Shown here: in pieces, positions 42,879 through 57,800 of the stretch | Layout: every line of letters begins with the position of its first letter | How positions within the stretch are numbered: the stretch's first letter is position 1 | NCBI GenBank assembly: GCA_964019425.1 | Contig: OZ025790.1 | Coordinates: 744,001-808,000, forward strand | From: Flectonema sp. DT1601 | Lineage: Eukaryota | Direction: 5' to 3' | Length of the DNA stretch: 64,000 bases | Position numbers and translations under genes: made by a program | The notes under the pieces: model-generated | Seen by the model: the letters and a program-made list of their open reading frames with translations, nothing else | What the model was told of the DNA's origin: nothing | Databases searched by the model: none

Positions 42879-45800
42879 TTAATCTTTCTTCGTGAGACCG
42901 AAGACACCATCCCAGTATTGGTTCTTAACTTCTGGAAGTGGTGATCTTGGGCGATCAAATCCTCCCTGAGTTAGGGTACCGTACGCTGTTGAAAACAAAA
43001 CGCCGTGAGCTCTGTTCTCCAACTGTGTTCTTGAACTATCTTCGTTGTAGAAGTTTGTGTAGAATTCACTCTCAACAGTCGAAACGTTATCCTTGTGTGT
43101 GTCTACGAACCCAACATCACTTCCTTCACCACCAATGATTTCATTCCTATCAGCTGTGTGGTCATCCCGACTGATATCAATCATTCGATCCCAACAATCG
43201 ACATCAAATAATTTATATGTCGAACTCTTTAAGTCAACGTAATTGTTATCAACTAGTTGTCCATCTCTTTGAAGAATTGATAAAACGATTCCTGTGAGTT
43301 GTTGAAATTATTAATTCCAATTAATGAAAAAAAGGGAATCTGAAAAAGGATCCTAACCTACCAAACAAAGACATACCTGCGTTATTGTTAACCAGAACAT
43401 CAGCACCATTGCCTCCATTGATAATGTCACAAAGAGGACCACTCTTTGGTTCATCGTGATTGAAGCTGTCGGAACTCTCGTGATCTTCATCATCGTGATG
43501 AGAGTAACGTTTTTTGCGTTCATTCCAATCGTGATCATCATCGTCATGATGGTGTTCGTCGTCATGGTGATGCCACCAGCTGGTGTACTCATGGTGGTGA
43601 CCTGTTTTTAATTTATTTCAAAACTCAACACGGATACAAAACTATTTTTTTGTTGAAAAATATTATCTCCAATCAGTTCCTTTTCAATTCCTCCTCACCT
43701 TCTCCCTTTTTTCAACCTCTCCCCACCCTCCTACCCTCCCTCTTGTGATTGGATTACTTCACACAAAAAGTTAATAAAAACATACCCTTATCATTGTACA
43801 AAACAAGGTTGCTGTATGGGTGTAGACCCTCGTCTCTGCCCTTCAACAACCCAAGCTTCTTCGCCGGGTTGAGTGCACGTTCCTTGATAGTGTCTTGAAT
43901 ATTACTCATGTACATATCTTGGACTACATCAATGTGTTGGAAGTCGTGTTCTGTAGTTGGGTCAGCATGTGCTCCCGCAAAAGTATTGACGAACAAGATT
44001 CCGTAGTCTCCGATCACCACGTCGTCTCCGGCGTTTCCATTAAGCTCGTCGGATCCCCACTTCGTAAGCGGAAGGGCGTTCCATCTCTCGTTCGAACGAT
44101 GTCCAAGCTCGTGGATGGCAAGAGCGTGTGAAGGAGAAAACACGTCAACGTGGCGCCTGAACTTGTACTCCAAGTCGTTGAACAGCTGAGTGAAGGTGTG
44201 CTTGTCGTGGTTGTCACTCGGGTAGTAGTGGTCAAAGTGATCATTGTGGTCATCTTGGTTAGCGTCGTGGTGGTCGCCGTTATGATTGTAATCCCTGTAC
44301 TCAACCCACTCCCAGTCCCAACCGTTCCAGCGGTAGTGTCCTGTGTGCTCGTGTTGCCACTCTCCATGGTGATCGTGTGCAGGAGGATTCTTTGTCAGGG
44401 TCTTCGAAACTAACACCAAACCATCACCAACCAGAACATCGTTTCCGTTGTTTCCGCGCATCACATCATTCGACACCGAGAGCTCCACCGCAGGTGCGGC
44501 AACCCCGACATCGCTGTTAGCAACCAACGCCTCAACAATCGCGTGGTGGGCTTCGAATACTGCGTGTGCAGCGTCCGCCGCCAACACCGAGTAGTCGTAC
44601 AAGACGTGCATCATACCCTTCACAACGATTTCCAAGTCATCCTCAACAATTTCGTCGTGGAAGATTACGTCTACGAACGACTGCATGTTGTCTCCAACCA
44701 GCAAATCGTTTCCATTTCCTCCGTTTACCACATCGTTTCCGATCACTACCTCCGCTGGAAGCGCGTATGTTCCTTGGTCCGACTCGTAGGTACGCAAGTC
44801 AGTAGACGCTCGGAGGAGGCGTTTCTGCAACTCAATCCAGCGCGCACCAGCTGAGTCGTGAATGCAGTCCAAAGCACCGATTCTTAGGTTCATCATCGCG
44901 TGGTGTGTCGCACTGTCTCCAACCACGATGTCGTTTCCGTCACCCCCGTTCAACACGTCGTTTCCGTACAACGCCCTCTGGTTACGCACCGCGTCTGGGA
45001 TCATCGACACGTATCCCCTCATCGTGTGTGACTGGTCGTCCGTGCGCCTCACATCTGCTACCCCGACTGCCTCGTGCAGTTTCTCCAACGCAGTCGGCAA
45101 CACGGTAGCCATTGCCGCCCCCTCGATGATTTGCATAGCCGCCGCACGGTTCGAAGACTCCGGCTTCAACGCGATTCCAACGTGCATCACCGTTCCGAAT
45201 TCATCGACTTCCAGAGGAGGCGAGTTCGCCGCACTGTCCTCCACCGACAGCACTCGAATCACGTTCGACACCAGAGGCATGTCGGAGTCGTAGTGGTACA
45301 CCGAAGACACATCGTCTCCGTACAGCAAGTCGTTTCCTCCCTCTCCCGACAGCACGTCGTCTCCACGCTGTCCGAACAGATAGTCGTCGCCGTCTCCACC
45401 GTTCAGCGTGTCGTGGCCGGCAGGCTTCAACCTCATGCCCGCAATCGCCGTCTCCCACTCACCGCTTGGAGCCGTCGCCTTCACCTTCTGCGATTCGAAT
45501 GCGCCCATCGACACCAGCAGCTCGTTCCTGAAGAAGGTTGCGGCTTCGTCAGCTGTGAACGTGCTACTCTCCCACGTTGGCAGCCATCCGGTCACCGTCA
45601 CCGGCTCTTCGAGAACAACGTCACGGTGCCAGGCACCTGTCCTTTCGTTCAAACGCGGGCTTCCGCCGCTCCTCAACGATCGCACCACGTGCCCGACATC
45701 TCCGATCAGCACGTCCCGTCCTTCCCCGCCGTGCAGAACGTCGTCCCCGAGTTCACCGAACAGCTCGTCGTCTCCCTCCTGTCCGTGCAACGTGTCGTCT

Positions 45801-48800
45801 CCACGCTGACCGTGCAAGATGTCATTACCTGCTCCACCATCGATGCTGTCATTCCCAGACACCTCGTCGACGTCATCGAACCTCTGGATAGTCCGCACCA
45901 CGTCTGCGAACATTGCCGATCCAGGGTACCGCTCCCACACCTTCTCGTGGTCGAATGGAGCTCCGTTCTCCATCGTTAACACAGTCCTGCTGATTACACC
46001 GTTGTCACCCAGCACCACGTCTGATCCCTCTTCTCCGAAGATCGTGTCGTCGCTGTCCACTCCTCCCAGCACGTTGTGCCCCCCAGTGATGTCATCGTCG
46101 CCGTCCCCACCGTTGATCGTGTCCTTTCCTTGCTGTCCCATCAGGAAGTCATCCCCCTCCCCTCCGTTAATCGTGTCGTCTCCGGCACCGACATCCGACG
46201 ACGTGAACAACGACAAGTACGTCGACCCACCACCCTCGAAGGCTGCGTGGTCACCCATCACCACATCCGAACCGGCGTTCCCGTTGAGCACGTCGTTTCC
46301 GGTTCCTCCGAATACGTAGTCGTCACCTGACCCTCCGTTGATCACATCCGACGCACCAGCCAGTGGATCGATCGTTTCCGCGGACACCACCTTCAGTGTC
46401 GCTGCATTCACCTTTGCGACAACCTGATCTCCCCACAACATATCCTGGCCATCCTCTCCGTCCAACGTGTCAGATCCTTGTTGCCCCGCCAAAAGATCAT
46501 TACCAGCGCCTCCCTTTAAGTGATCCGCTCCACCATTCACGTCGTCTCCTGTCGACACCGATGTAAAGGTGAGCAGCTCGGTGGACCTTTCGAAGACCGC
46601 GAAGTCACCGAACGCGACGTCGTGACCTGCTTCTCCCTCCAACACGTCGTCACCTTTTCCTCCGAACATCACGTCGTTGTCATCGCCACCGAACATCGTG
46701 TCCGCACCACCGGTCCCCTGCGACATTGGTTCCGCATGCGATACCAGTCCGGTGTTTCCCTGCTGCGTCTCGATCGACATGTGGTCTCCGAACATCCAGT
46801 CGTCTCCGGGGTTCCCCTTCAAGTTGTCTCCCCCGTTCCCGCCGACGATCACATCGCTGCCGGCCCCACCGGAAACCTCGTCCGCGCCTCCTCCGTACTG
46901 GTCCTCTGTAAACACCGATTCCAACGTCACGCTGCCATCCGCCACAGCGGTGCCCCACCTCAGCTCCAAGTAGTCACCGAACAACACGTCGTTACCGACA
47001 CCGCCTGCCAACTCGTCGTCTCCAGCCCCTCCGACCAGCACGTCCGCGCCGTCGTCTCCGTGAAGCTCATCTCCGCCACCCATCCCTGGATCTGTGGACA
47101 CCGCGTGCACGTTGTTTCCATCGTGTGGAATTGTTATCTCTGCGAAGTCACCAAAGATCCAATCATCTCCTGCGTTTCCGTGCATGACGTCCGCCGCTGC
47201 ACCACCAAAGAGAACGTCGTCGCCTTCATCACCGTTCAGGGTGTCCGCTCCTCCGGCCTGGTCATCTCCCGGGAACGCTGTTTTCATAGTCACATCTCCC
47301 TCCTTCGACTTGGTGTACTCTGCGTGGTCCCCGAACACGAAGTCCCTTCCGGAATTTCCGCTTACTTCATCCGCAGCCGCACCACCGATGACCACGTCGT
47401 CCCCCTCGTTTCCAGAAATCGTATCCCCTCCCCCGAGGGTCGCCTCCGTCGATTTCATCGTCACTCCCCCATCGACGATGTCCACCGAACCATGGTCCCC
47501 GAGGATCTTGTCGTCACCCGCACCACCAACGATGTCGTCTCCGCCTGCCCCTCCGAAGATGATGTCATCTCCATCCGATCCGGCAACCGTGTCGGCATCT
47601 CCGTTGCTTCCAGGGGTCTTGAAGACCGTGCGCATGTGGCGGTCTTCCGGACTTGTGTACGACCGCTTGATCTCTCCGCAGTCTCCGAACACCACATCAT
47701 TACCTTCCCCACCGTCGATGACGTCCCTGTCCGCACCTCCGAACACGGAATCGTCACCGGCTCCAGCGACAATCGTGTCGTTTCCACCGCTCACCGCCTG
47801 CTCCAGACACTTCAGCGTGTGCTCGTCCTTCTTGATCGACAACAGCACGTCTCCGTGATCCCCGAACACCACGTCGTTTCCGCTCGACGCGTCGATGTGG
47901 TCAGCACCCTGTCCACCGATGATGAAGTCATCGCCTTCGTCACCGTTCAGTTTGTCGTCTCCTCCACAACCAGACTCGGTGTGCGTCGAGTGCAACACAC
48001 GCTCGTCTTTCTTTGACTCATACAGACCGTGGTCCCCGACAATCACATCTGCCCCACCGTTTCCATCGATCACATCTCCTCCAGCACCTCCGAACACGTA
48101 ATCGTCTCCAGCTCCCGCCGTGATTGTATCGTCGCCACCACTACACGACCCGAGTGTGATGAGTTTCGTAAGCTCCGCGCTCGGCGTCCACGCAACCTCC
48201 CCGAGGTCTCCGAAGATGTAGTCGTTCCCGCCCTCGCCGTCGACTTCGTCGTCTCCCTCACCCGCAACTACCACGTCGTCCCCTTCGCCAGCGAAGATCT
48301 TGTCCGCCGCACCGGCATCCGATGTCGCCGGACCTGCCGATCCCTTCACGGTGAAGTCACCTGGATTAGTCGTCTCGTATTTCCCGTAGTCTCCGATGAT
48401 GACGTCCCCACCGGCCCCTCCGTGGACCACGTCACCGCCTGCCCCAGCGAGTATCTTGTCGTCGCCTAGTCCACCGTCGATGACGTCGCTTCCCCCGCCC
48501 ACCTGGTTTGCGTTGCGCAACCTCACCCAGTGTGACGATGGGTTCAAATGCACCTCTCCAGCGTCTCCGAACACGAAGTCATCTCCGTCTCCTCCATTGA
48601 TGGTGTCCTCACCACCACCTCCCAACAAGATGTCGTTCTCTTCGTCTCCGTTCAAGTGATCATCCTCCCCATCCGCCGCGTCACCAGTCGTGACGAGGTG
48701 GGTCAGCCCAGTCAGAGGCGTGCGAGTCATGATCCCGATGTCACCGAATACCACGTCCAACCCAGCGTTTCCGCTGATCGAGTCCGCGCCCCGTCCTCCG

Positions 48801-51800
48801 AATAGGATGTCGTCCCCCGCGCTTCCGTGGATGGTGTCATCCCCGCTCCCGGCAGTGGCCTCGCCGTCGAAGACCGTTTGCAAAACCAAGTCACCCGGCT
48901 GTGTAAACATCTTCCTCACGCGTCCAAAGTCACCGAAGATGAAGTCGACTCCATCCTCCCCATCGATTACATCGTTGGCCGATCCTCCGAACACGATGTC
49001 GTCTCCGCCACCAGTCAGAATCTCGTCATTCCCGCCATCCGCCAGCGCAGGCGCAGTCGACTCGTACACCAACGAATCGGCCTCCTTCGAGATTACCACC
49101 GATCCGTGGTCTCCAAACACCGAATCGTCTCCTCCGCGCGTGCGGATGACGTCGTTGCTCTGACCCCCGAACACGTAGTCCTTCCCGTCCTGCACGTCTA
49201 TTGTGTCACTTCCACCCTCCCCGCCCTCCGTGAAGATCGAGGTCATGTTGAACTCATCGCTGGCATTGCGCTGCACGAATCCGTGGTCTCCGAACACCAC
49301 GTTGTTCCCGTTGCTTCCATCGATGGTGTCGTTCCCGTATCCTCCGAAGACGATGTCGTCCGCGTCTCCTGCCGAGATGGTGTCCGCTCCGCCAGACAAC
49401 GGAGCCAAGGATTCCAACGTGTAGGTCCCGTTCTCGTGGTCGCGTACGTGACCGTGGTCCCCAAAGATCCAGTCACTTCCCTCGGCAACCGTGATCACGT
49501 CGTCTCCCTGACCTCCCATGATGATGTGCCGGCCGTACGAACCCGTGATCGTGTCAGCTCCTCCCTCGCCATCGGAATCGGTGAAAGTCGACTTCACGTA
49601 GAGTCCTCCCACGTCGGGGTTGCTGCTGTCGTGCGTCGTCCGGTACACCTCTCCATGGTCCCCAAGCAAGATGTCTTCGCCGCTGCTACCGACCACCTCG
49701 TCGTCACCGAACCCACCAATGATCACGTCGGTCTCCGACTCTCCGTACAGGTGGTCATTTCCTCCCGACAAGCTCGCAGTCGAACGGAGCGACCACGTGT
49801 CCGAAGTTGCTGGGTCGTCGCTGATGTCAATCTCACCCTGGTCACCGATGATGAAGTCCTTTCCGTCCCCTCCGTGCACCGTGTCCCCTCCTTGACCACC
49901 GATTATGATGTCGTCTCCCACCGATCCGCTGAGGACGTCGTCGCCCCCCTCTCCCGCGTCCCCAGTGTGCAGCGACTCGAATTTTCTCCATCCCCCAACC
50001 GCCGACCATTTGATCTGGTACCGACCATGGTCACCGAAGATCACGTCGTTGTGTTTTTCTCCCTTGATCGAATCCTTCCCAGTCCCTCCGAAAACCACGT
50101 CGTCTTCGTCCCCCGCGCTGATCTCGTCATCTCCACCGGTCGTCGGCGACGTCGAAGTCATGATCGTCAGTTCCTCGCTTTCCCTCACTTCGATCTCACC
50201 AAAGTCCCCGAAGATCCAATCCTTCCCGGTGTGTCCGGTGATCACGTCCAACACCCCACCTCCTCCGAAGATGATGTCGTCACCGATGTCCCCGACCAGC
50301 ACATCAGAGTCGTCCGCCGACTGGTCCGCCAACTCAAAAAGCACCGACCGGTACACGATGTCTCCCGGCACCGCGCTCGTGATCGCACCGTGGTCACCGA
50401 ACAGAACGTCGTTTTCACGCTCACCGTACACCTTGTCCTGACCAAACCCTCCAAACAAGTAATCCATTCCGTCTCCTCCCCGCAGGTCATCTGCCCCTCC
50501 TCCCGACGTCGCGTGAGTTGATTCCAAGTGGAACGACGTCGGTCCCAAGTTCACCAAACCGTGGTCCCCGAACAGCCAATCACGCCCTGCTCCACCGACA
50601 ATCTTGTCAATTCCTTGTCCTCCGAACACGATGTCGTCTCCGTCGTGGGTCGTGATCACATCGTCGTCCCCGTGCTCCGCCTCCGTCAGTATCGACTCCC
50701 AGTGACCCTCCCCATGGGCTGCGCTGCTGAACTTTCCGTGGTCACCGAACACCGCGTCGTTGTGCTCGTTTCCGTCGATCGTGTCCTTCCCTTCGCACCC
50801 GAAGATGTAGTCGTCCTCATCTCCTCCAACGAGCGTGTCGTTTGCCCCGCATCCGAGAATCGACTCCACCGATCGGAAGTCCAAACTTGGGGCCAGGGTT
50901 CCCTTCCCGTGGTCTCCGATGATCCAATCCTTTCCGGTGAACCCTTCGATCACATCAGATCCGAACCCTCCGATCAGGACATCGTTTCCGTGCTCACCGT
51001 AGATCAGGTCCGCCCCCCCGTCTTCGCACGTGAACAACGACTCCATCGCCATGTCTCCAGGCTTCGCGCTCTCCACCGACCCGAAGTCCCCGAACACCAC
51101 GTCGTCGTGCTTTCCAGCGTGGATCGTGTCAGCTCCCCGTCCACCGAAGATCACGTCGTCCTCGTCTCCTCCAGACAGCTGATCCCCAGCCCCGTGTCCC
51201 GGACTCGTCGACTCCATCTTGAAGTACTCGAGTGAACCGTCCAAGAGGGCCTTCCCGTAGTCTCCGAACATCCAATCCCGCCCAGCCCCTCCTTCGACCA
51301 CGTCCGCCCCAGCGCCACCGAAGATGATGTCGTGGCTCTCCCCTCCGTAGATCGTGTCCTTCGCCCCCGTCGCAGGAGGAAGCGGCTGGTCGACCACTTC
51401 GAACGACGCATCGTACAGCCGGCTCCCAGCCGAAATGCTCTCGTACCGTCCGAAGTCTCCAAACAACACGTCCTTGTGATCGCCTCCGTGGATCTCGTCC
51501 GAACCCGGCCCTCCAAACACGAGGTCGTTCCCCTCCCCTCCACCGAGGGTGTCTTCTCCCCCGTACTCGAGAAAAGTCGTCTCCGCAGTCGCGTAAGTCT
51601 TGCTCGGCGAAACTTCCACCGCCCCTGAATCTCCAAACATCCAATCGTCACCGGCACCGCCGACGACGTTGTCTCCTCCCTGACCACCCACGAGGATGTC
51701 GTCATCGTCTTCTCCGAACAGCGCGTCAGAGTCACCGGCAGCAGCCGCTGCTCCACCGGACACCGACCAGTACTTCCGATCTTCCCCAACCACCTCGAAC

Positions 51801-54800
51801 TCACCGCAGTCTCCGAACAGCACGTCGTTGTTGTCCCCACCGTGAAGCTCGTCCGATCCAGCTCCACCGAACACCGTGTCCTCATCGTCTCCTCCGTACA
51901 CCACGTCCCGGGCTCCGAGGGCCACCGCGTCGCCCACGGCGCAGCGTCCCTTCGCCGTCGCCACGTCCGCGATCACCCCCACCTCAACCGCTCCGTGGTC
52001 TCCAAAGATCGTGTCTCTCCCCTCCCCTCCGGATATCGCATCTTCGCCGGCCCCTCCGAACAAGAAGTCGTGTCCGCTCTGTCCGCTCAACGTGTCGTCG
52101 CCACCTTGCTCTGCGAACAGCGACTCCAGCGTGAAGTCCGTCGGCTTCGAGAGAGCACTCGTGTACCGCCCGTGGTCTCCGAACAGGAAGTCCCGGTTCA
52201 TCGATCCAAGCACCCGATCCCCAGAAGCCCCTCCGAACGCCGTGTTGTTCCCGTACCCGACGTCGATCACATCGGCACCCCCGTCCGATGGGTGTCTTGA
52301 CTCCGCAACGGTCACGTGACGGTCTTCCTCAGCTCCCTTCTCCGAGAAGTATCCCAGTCCAAGCATTCCGTGGTCCCCGAAAACCACATCGTCCGAGCGC
52401 CCAGTGTCGATCACATCCGCTCCAGGTCCTCCGAACACTATGTCGGCCGAATCCCCGGTGTTGATCGTATCATCGCTTCCCTGCCCTGGGCATGTTGACT
52501 CCATTTTCACCACTCGACCCTCGGCGTCGAACTCAATCGAACCCAAGTCACCGAATACGAAGTCCAACCCGCCCTCCGTTGTGATCTCGTCCCCTCCAGG
52601 TCCTCCAAATATGATGTACCTCGAGCATCCTTTTGTTACGATTACATCCTTCGATCCCGCTGCCTCAGCGGCGCACGCCGACGAAGGCGACTCAGCGGTT
52701 TGCGCCGACGTCGGAGGCGCTGCCTTTCCGTCCAGCTGGCCCGTCGAACCGTGAGCTGAACCGATGCTCATCGTCCCCCCGTACGTCACCGTCCCCTCGT
52801 CTCCGAAGATGATGTCCGCCTTTTGACCTGGGTAGATCGTGTCACTCCCCAATCCTCCCACGATGACTAGCGGAATCACCGTCTCACGGGCATCAATTAC
52901 GTCGTTGCCCCCCTCACCGTTCACCACGAAGAATCCGTCTGGGATCTCCCCTCCCAAGTAGATCTCCACTTCGTCGTCTCCGCCTCCCGTGTTCAACGTC
53001 GTCACCACCCGTTCTCCCTCAACCGCCGCCAGGATCGTGCTGCGCACGTACACCTTGTCCTTCTCTTGACCCGTCCACACCGTGATCCCTCCAGTGAACG
53101 TCCCCACGTACGGGATCGGCACAGGTGCCAAATTACGGATCAGGTTCTTCTCCAAGATCACCCGTTCACCATCCACTCCCTTCCCGGACCCAGTGCTGTC
53201 GCTCACCATCAACCGGTTGCGTCCCGTCCCCGCATCCAGTGTGATCGTGTTCTGGATGTACTTCAGCCACCCCGGCAGCGTTGATCCCGACCCAGCTTCC
53301 GCAATCGTCACCAGGTTAGCATCTGACCCGAGGGCAATGACGTCGTCCCCTCCGTGGGTCCGGATCGCAGTCGGGATCGACACTCCACGCACGTTGATTG
53401 CATCCTTCGCCGTCGTTCCCATGTCGATCTCGAGCGTGCGCATGTCTCCGTAGTTGATCCCGGCCAACCGCACGCGGGAGTTGATGTCCGCACCCGCCAA
53501 GTATTCCACCTCCCCGTTCACCACCCCGGATACATCCACCGTTATCGCCCCACCAGCAGTCTCCGCTTCACCCTCGTACCTCACAATGTACGTCAGGGAA
53601 TCCACCGAGTCCACCGCAAAGCTCCTCGTGCACTTGCTCTTCAACTCGTTCCCGCACCGGTTGGGGTCCGCCCCGAACACCGCATGTTGCATCGCATCCT
53701 CAATGGTCTTCGCAGCTGTCCCCAATGAGAACGCGTCAAGGTGGTACACCATCCCGTCGAACTCGAACGACAGCGCGAACGCACCCGACGTCCCGCGCAC
53801 CGTCACCGCGTGCACCTTCTTCGAATCTTCTCCGCGCTTTGCAACCATTCCGAAACCGGACAGGTCCGTTCTCGACAAGAACCCGGCGAATCCGAGATCC
53901 GGGTTCCCTCCCCAGTTGTTAATGTGCAGCGTGTTGTGCTCTCCGCTCCCTCCGCTCAGCGACACCAGGTCTTTGATCTGCACAAGCTTCCCCGCATCGT
54001 CTCCGACCACAAAAGTGTCGTCTCCCTCCTGTCCGTTCACGTACGTCGGCCCAACAGCCCCGTACACCTGAAACGTGTCGTCCCCCTTTCCAGCGTTGAT
54101 GTAAGTCGCCCCCGTGTGCGTACCTCCCACCACCACCGTGTCCACAGCAGCTCCGAGGTTCAACACCACCACCTCCAAGTCCGAGTACTGGATTCCACCC
54201 AGAAGCGCCTTCCCTTCACGCACTCGGTCGGTTCCCATTCCCATTCCGGTGACGCGTCCTGGCAACAACGTCACCGTCGTTGGAAGGAATCCCCCCGTGT
54301 TCTCCACCGTCAGCGTGTCGATCTGCATTGACTCGATCACATCCAGGTTGGGGTTGTCCAGGCGATCCGCGAATACCCCGGAGTCCGTCTCCCCCGGCAA
54401 CATCACCGGTGGCAGGAAGTCGATCGCAGTGGGGTTGTTGTCTCCGCTGACCGTCAGAGATCCCTGGATTTGGTACGCCAGAGACGGTTGCGCCCCGAAC
54501 TCCTTCACCGTGTGGTCATCCACCGCGTTGTCCACCACCGCCGTCACCGTCACCGTTTGCGCAATGTAGTAATTCGAACTGTCGAACGTCAGCGTCGCCG
54601 GACTCACGCTCACCTGCTCACGCTCCGGCAGGAACTTCGCCTCGATCGCCTTCGTCTTCTTCACAGTCGGCGACACCGTCACCGATCCCTGGGGTTCCTT
54701 GGTCAGGTACACTTCGTACGTGTCAGTCAGGCCACCCTCGATGACGTCCGTGCTCCCATGCGACTCCAGCAGCACCATCCCCGGCGCCTCGTTGTCCAGG

Positions 54801-57800
54801 ATCTGGATTCCGACATAAGGAACCGCTGCTGCCGCGAAATCCGCGTTCGCCGTCTCCACTTCATGTTGCACAGTCGTGTAGTGGAATCCTTCCACCGCCT
54901 CGTCGTCCACCGCAGTCACCGTGATCACCTCCTCACACCCGTTCGACGTCGTGAAGTCGAACGCTTCACGGGATACCTGCACCTGTGCCGAGTCGTACAC
55001 AAGCTTCATCCTCACAGCCGTCGACACGCACGGACGCATCAGCATCGTGTACGAAGCCGTCTTCCCCACCGTTCCCAATCCCGTCTCCGACACCCGCATT
55101 CCACCATCCATCCCCTCAATCAGGTAGAACTCGAATTCTTCGCTGTCCAGGATGCTGAACTGAACCATCGGCACAATCAAGTTGTCGTACTCGCTTCCCC
55201 CGTTAAACTGCGCCACCGTGTGCGCGATTGCGATCGCTTCCTTCCCTTCCTTCACGTTGTCATCTTCCACGCTCACCGTCACCGTTTTCACATCCTTCCA
55301 ACGGTTCCCATTCTTCTCGAACGTCAGAGACTGCGGCGTCACGAACACGTTCTTCGATCCCACCAGCTGCGACGGCGGGGTCGGTGCCACCACCGTGATC
55401 GTCACGTCCGCCGAAGGCGGATGCACCATCCGGATGGTGTACGTTCCTTGCGTTCCCTTCCCCTCGATCATCACTTGCATCCCGTCCGTGTTGAAAACCA
55501 TGCTCGGCGTGTCTTCGTCCGCCACGTTCGCCGAAACCCCGTGGGCCTCCATCCCGTTGTACGATGCATCCGTCGCACTCGTCACCATGTTGTTCACCAC
55601 CCCGCTGTGTCCCCTCAGGTCGTTGCTAACTACATACGACGATTCGTGCGGCGTGATGATCACGTCGTCGCTCCCAAGACCGGTGTACACGCTCGTCGAT
55701 ACTTGCTCATCCGTGCTCATCACGTAAACCGTGTCGTCTCCCGCCAACGTCGCCACTTCCACGCTCTCGATTCCGACGAACGTCACGAACAACCCAGCCC
55801 CGTAGATTCCGTTCCGCGTCACCACGAACGTGTCCGGATACTCGGTACCGATCACCACCAGCGTGTCGAATCCCGGACCTCCGTCGATCGCAACCGGCGC
55901 GTTCACCGCGTACATCACCACATCTTGACCTTCACCCGTGTCTACCGTGGTCTCCTTGATTTCGGGGTCAGGCTTCTCCGGCGTCAAAGAATCCCACAAC
56001 GCGAACGCACGGATCGTGAACCTGTCGTCGTCGGCTCCACCACGCAACGCCAGCGTCGCAATGTTTCTCATCACGATGAACGTGTCATCTCCGGACTCTC
56101 CGTTCGCGTTGATGTGAAAGTGGTTCCCCGACGACAGGTATCCTTCCGTCGTCTTCGCCGTCGTGAACACGTCCGACACACCGGGAATGTGCACCGAGTC
56201 ACGCTCCGCGTTGTACAGCTGTCCGAACAAGAACTGATCGTTCCCCTCTCCACCGTTCAGCGTCATGATTCCCGCGTTGTCGTCACACGCATACGTATCG
56301 TCTCCCTTCAAACCGTTGATGGTAATCCCCGCGTTGATCCCACGGTCCATGTCCACACGCTCCGCTGCTGCTCCCCCGCCGTGGATGTTGGCGATGAAGT
56401 TTGCTCGGATCAGGAAGTTGTCGTCTCCCGGCGTCCCGTTCATCTCCAGCGTGTTCAGCTCCGACGGGTCATGCACCAAGTACCCGCTGTCCGTGATGCT
56501 CACGAACGACGCTCCAGTTCCGGCGAACCCGACGCTGATCGTGTCGTTTCCACGCTCACCATCGATGTACAGCGGCGCCAGCAGCGGATTGATCGCCGAC
56601 CCCTCCGGATTCGTCGCCGGAGGCACCGTGATCACGTCTGCTCCGTTCCCTCCGTTCACGTAAGTCGTCCCACTCGTCCCCTCCACCGTCAAGTGGTCTA
56701 CCCCGTTTCCTCCCTGCACCGTCACCAACCCGCGGTGTGTCCCTGCCACCGTGAAAACGTTCTTCGAACCCTCCGGGATCGTCACCGGCAGCTTCACAAT
56801 CAGCTCCCCCAGCGCCGCGAACTCGATCCCGGGACCAGACATCCCGAGTCCACTCACCACTTGAGACGTCATCCGTCCACTGTTCCCCGAGGTATCCGCC
56901 GAGTCATCGATCGTCAGCTTCGCAACCCTGGTCTGACTGTCTCCTTCGACCATCACCAGCGAACGGATCTTCTCGACCGTTCCGTCTCCGATCGTCACGT
57001 GGTCACCACCTCCAGCCGTCACCACTTCCACGTCCGTCGTCGCCAGCGTCTCGATCACCCTGAACGTGTCTCCGTTCTTTCCCAGCTGCACAACAACCAG
57101 CTCGAACCCAGAGTACGACACCGGGATCAGCATCCCCAGTCCGTTCACCGTCGTCGGTCCCAGGCTTCCACCGACGCTTCCCGAGCTCGACGGCACCGTT
57201 ATCCGCAGCGTGTCTCGGTCGTTTCCTCCCTTCACCACCAGCGTACCCTTCACCTCCCCCGGGTTTGTTACTTCGAACTCGTTGTTTCCGTCAGCCCCCT
57301 CGATCGTCAGCGTCGTCCCGCTCGCCACCCCAGTCACAGTCACCTTCCCCGCATCCGCAGGCAACAGCACATTCACATTCCGCGCGTTGAAATTCAGCAC
57401 CAGCTCCCCCATCGCAAACCCACTCAACCCGCTCGACCCAATTGTTCCATCCGCGAGCACTCCTTGGTGGGACGTGTAGTCGATCACGATCGTGTCTGCT
57501 CCTTGACCGCATACCAAGTTTCCACCAGACATCGGGTTCTGCAGGTAGATGTGATCCGTTTGCAGTCCGCAGTTCCCGCTGTATGAAGAAACCTGTTCGA
57601 ACTCCGTCGTCAGCTGATCTTCCCGGGCTTCTCCCTTCACAAACACCACCTCCACCGTCTCCAGCCCCGGTTCTCCGTTGATGTGTCGGATCTGGAACGT
57701 CTCACCGTTGTCAGACGTGTCTCCACTCACTCGCTTTCCCGCATCTGGTCCCATGTGCAGCGCCAAGTTTCCGCTGTCGATGTGCGCCAGGATCGGCTGC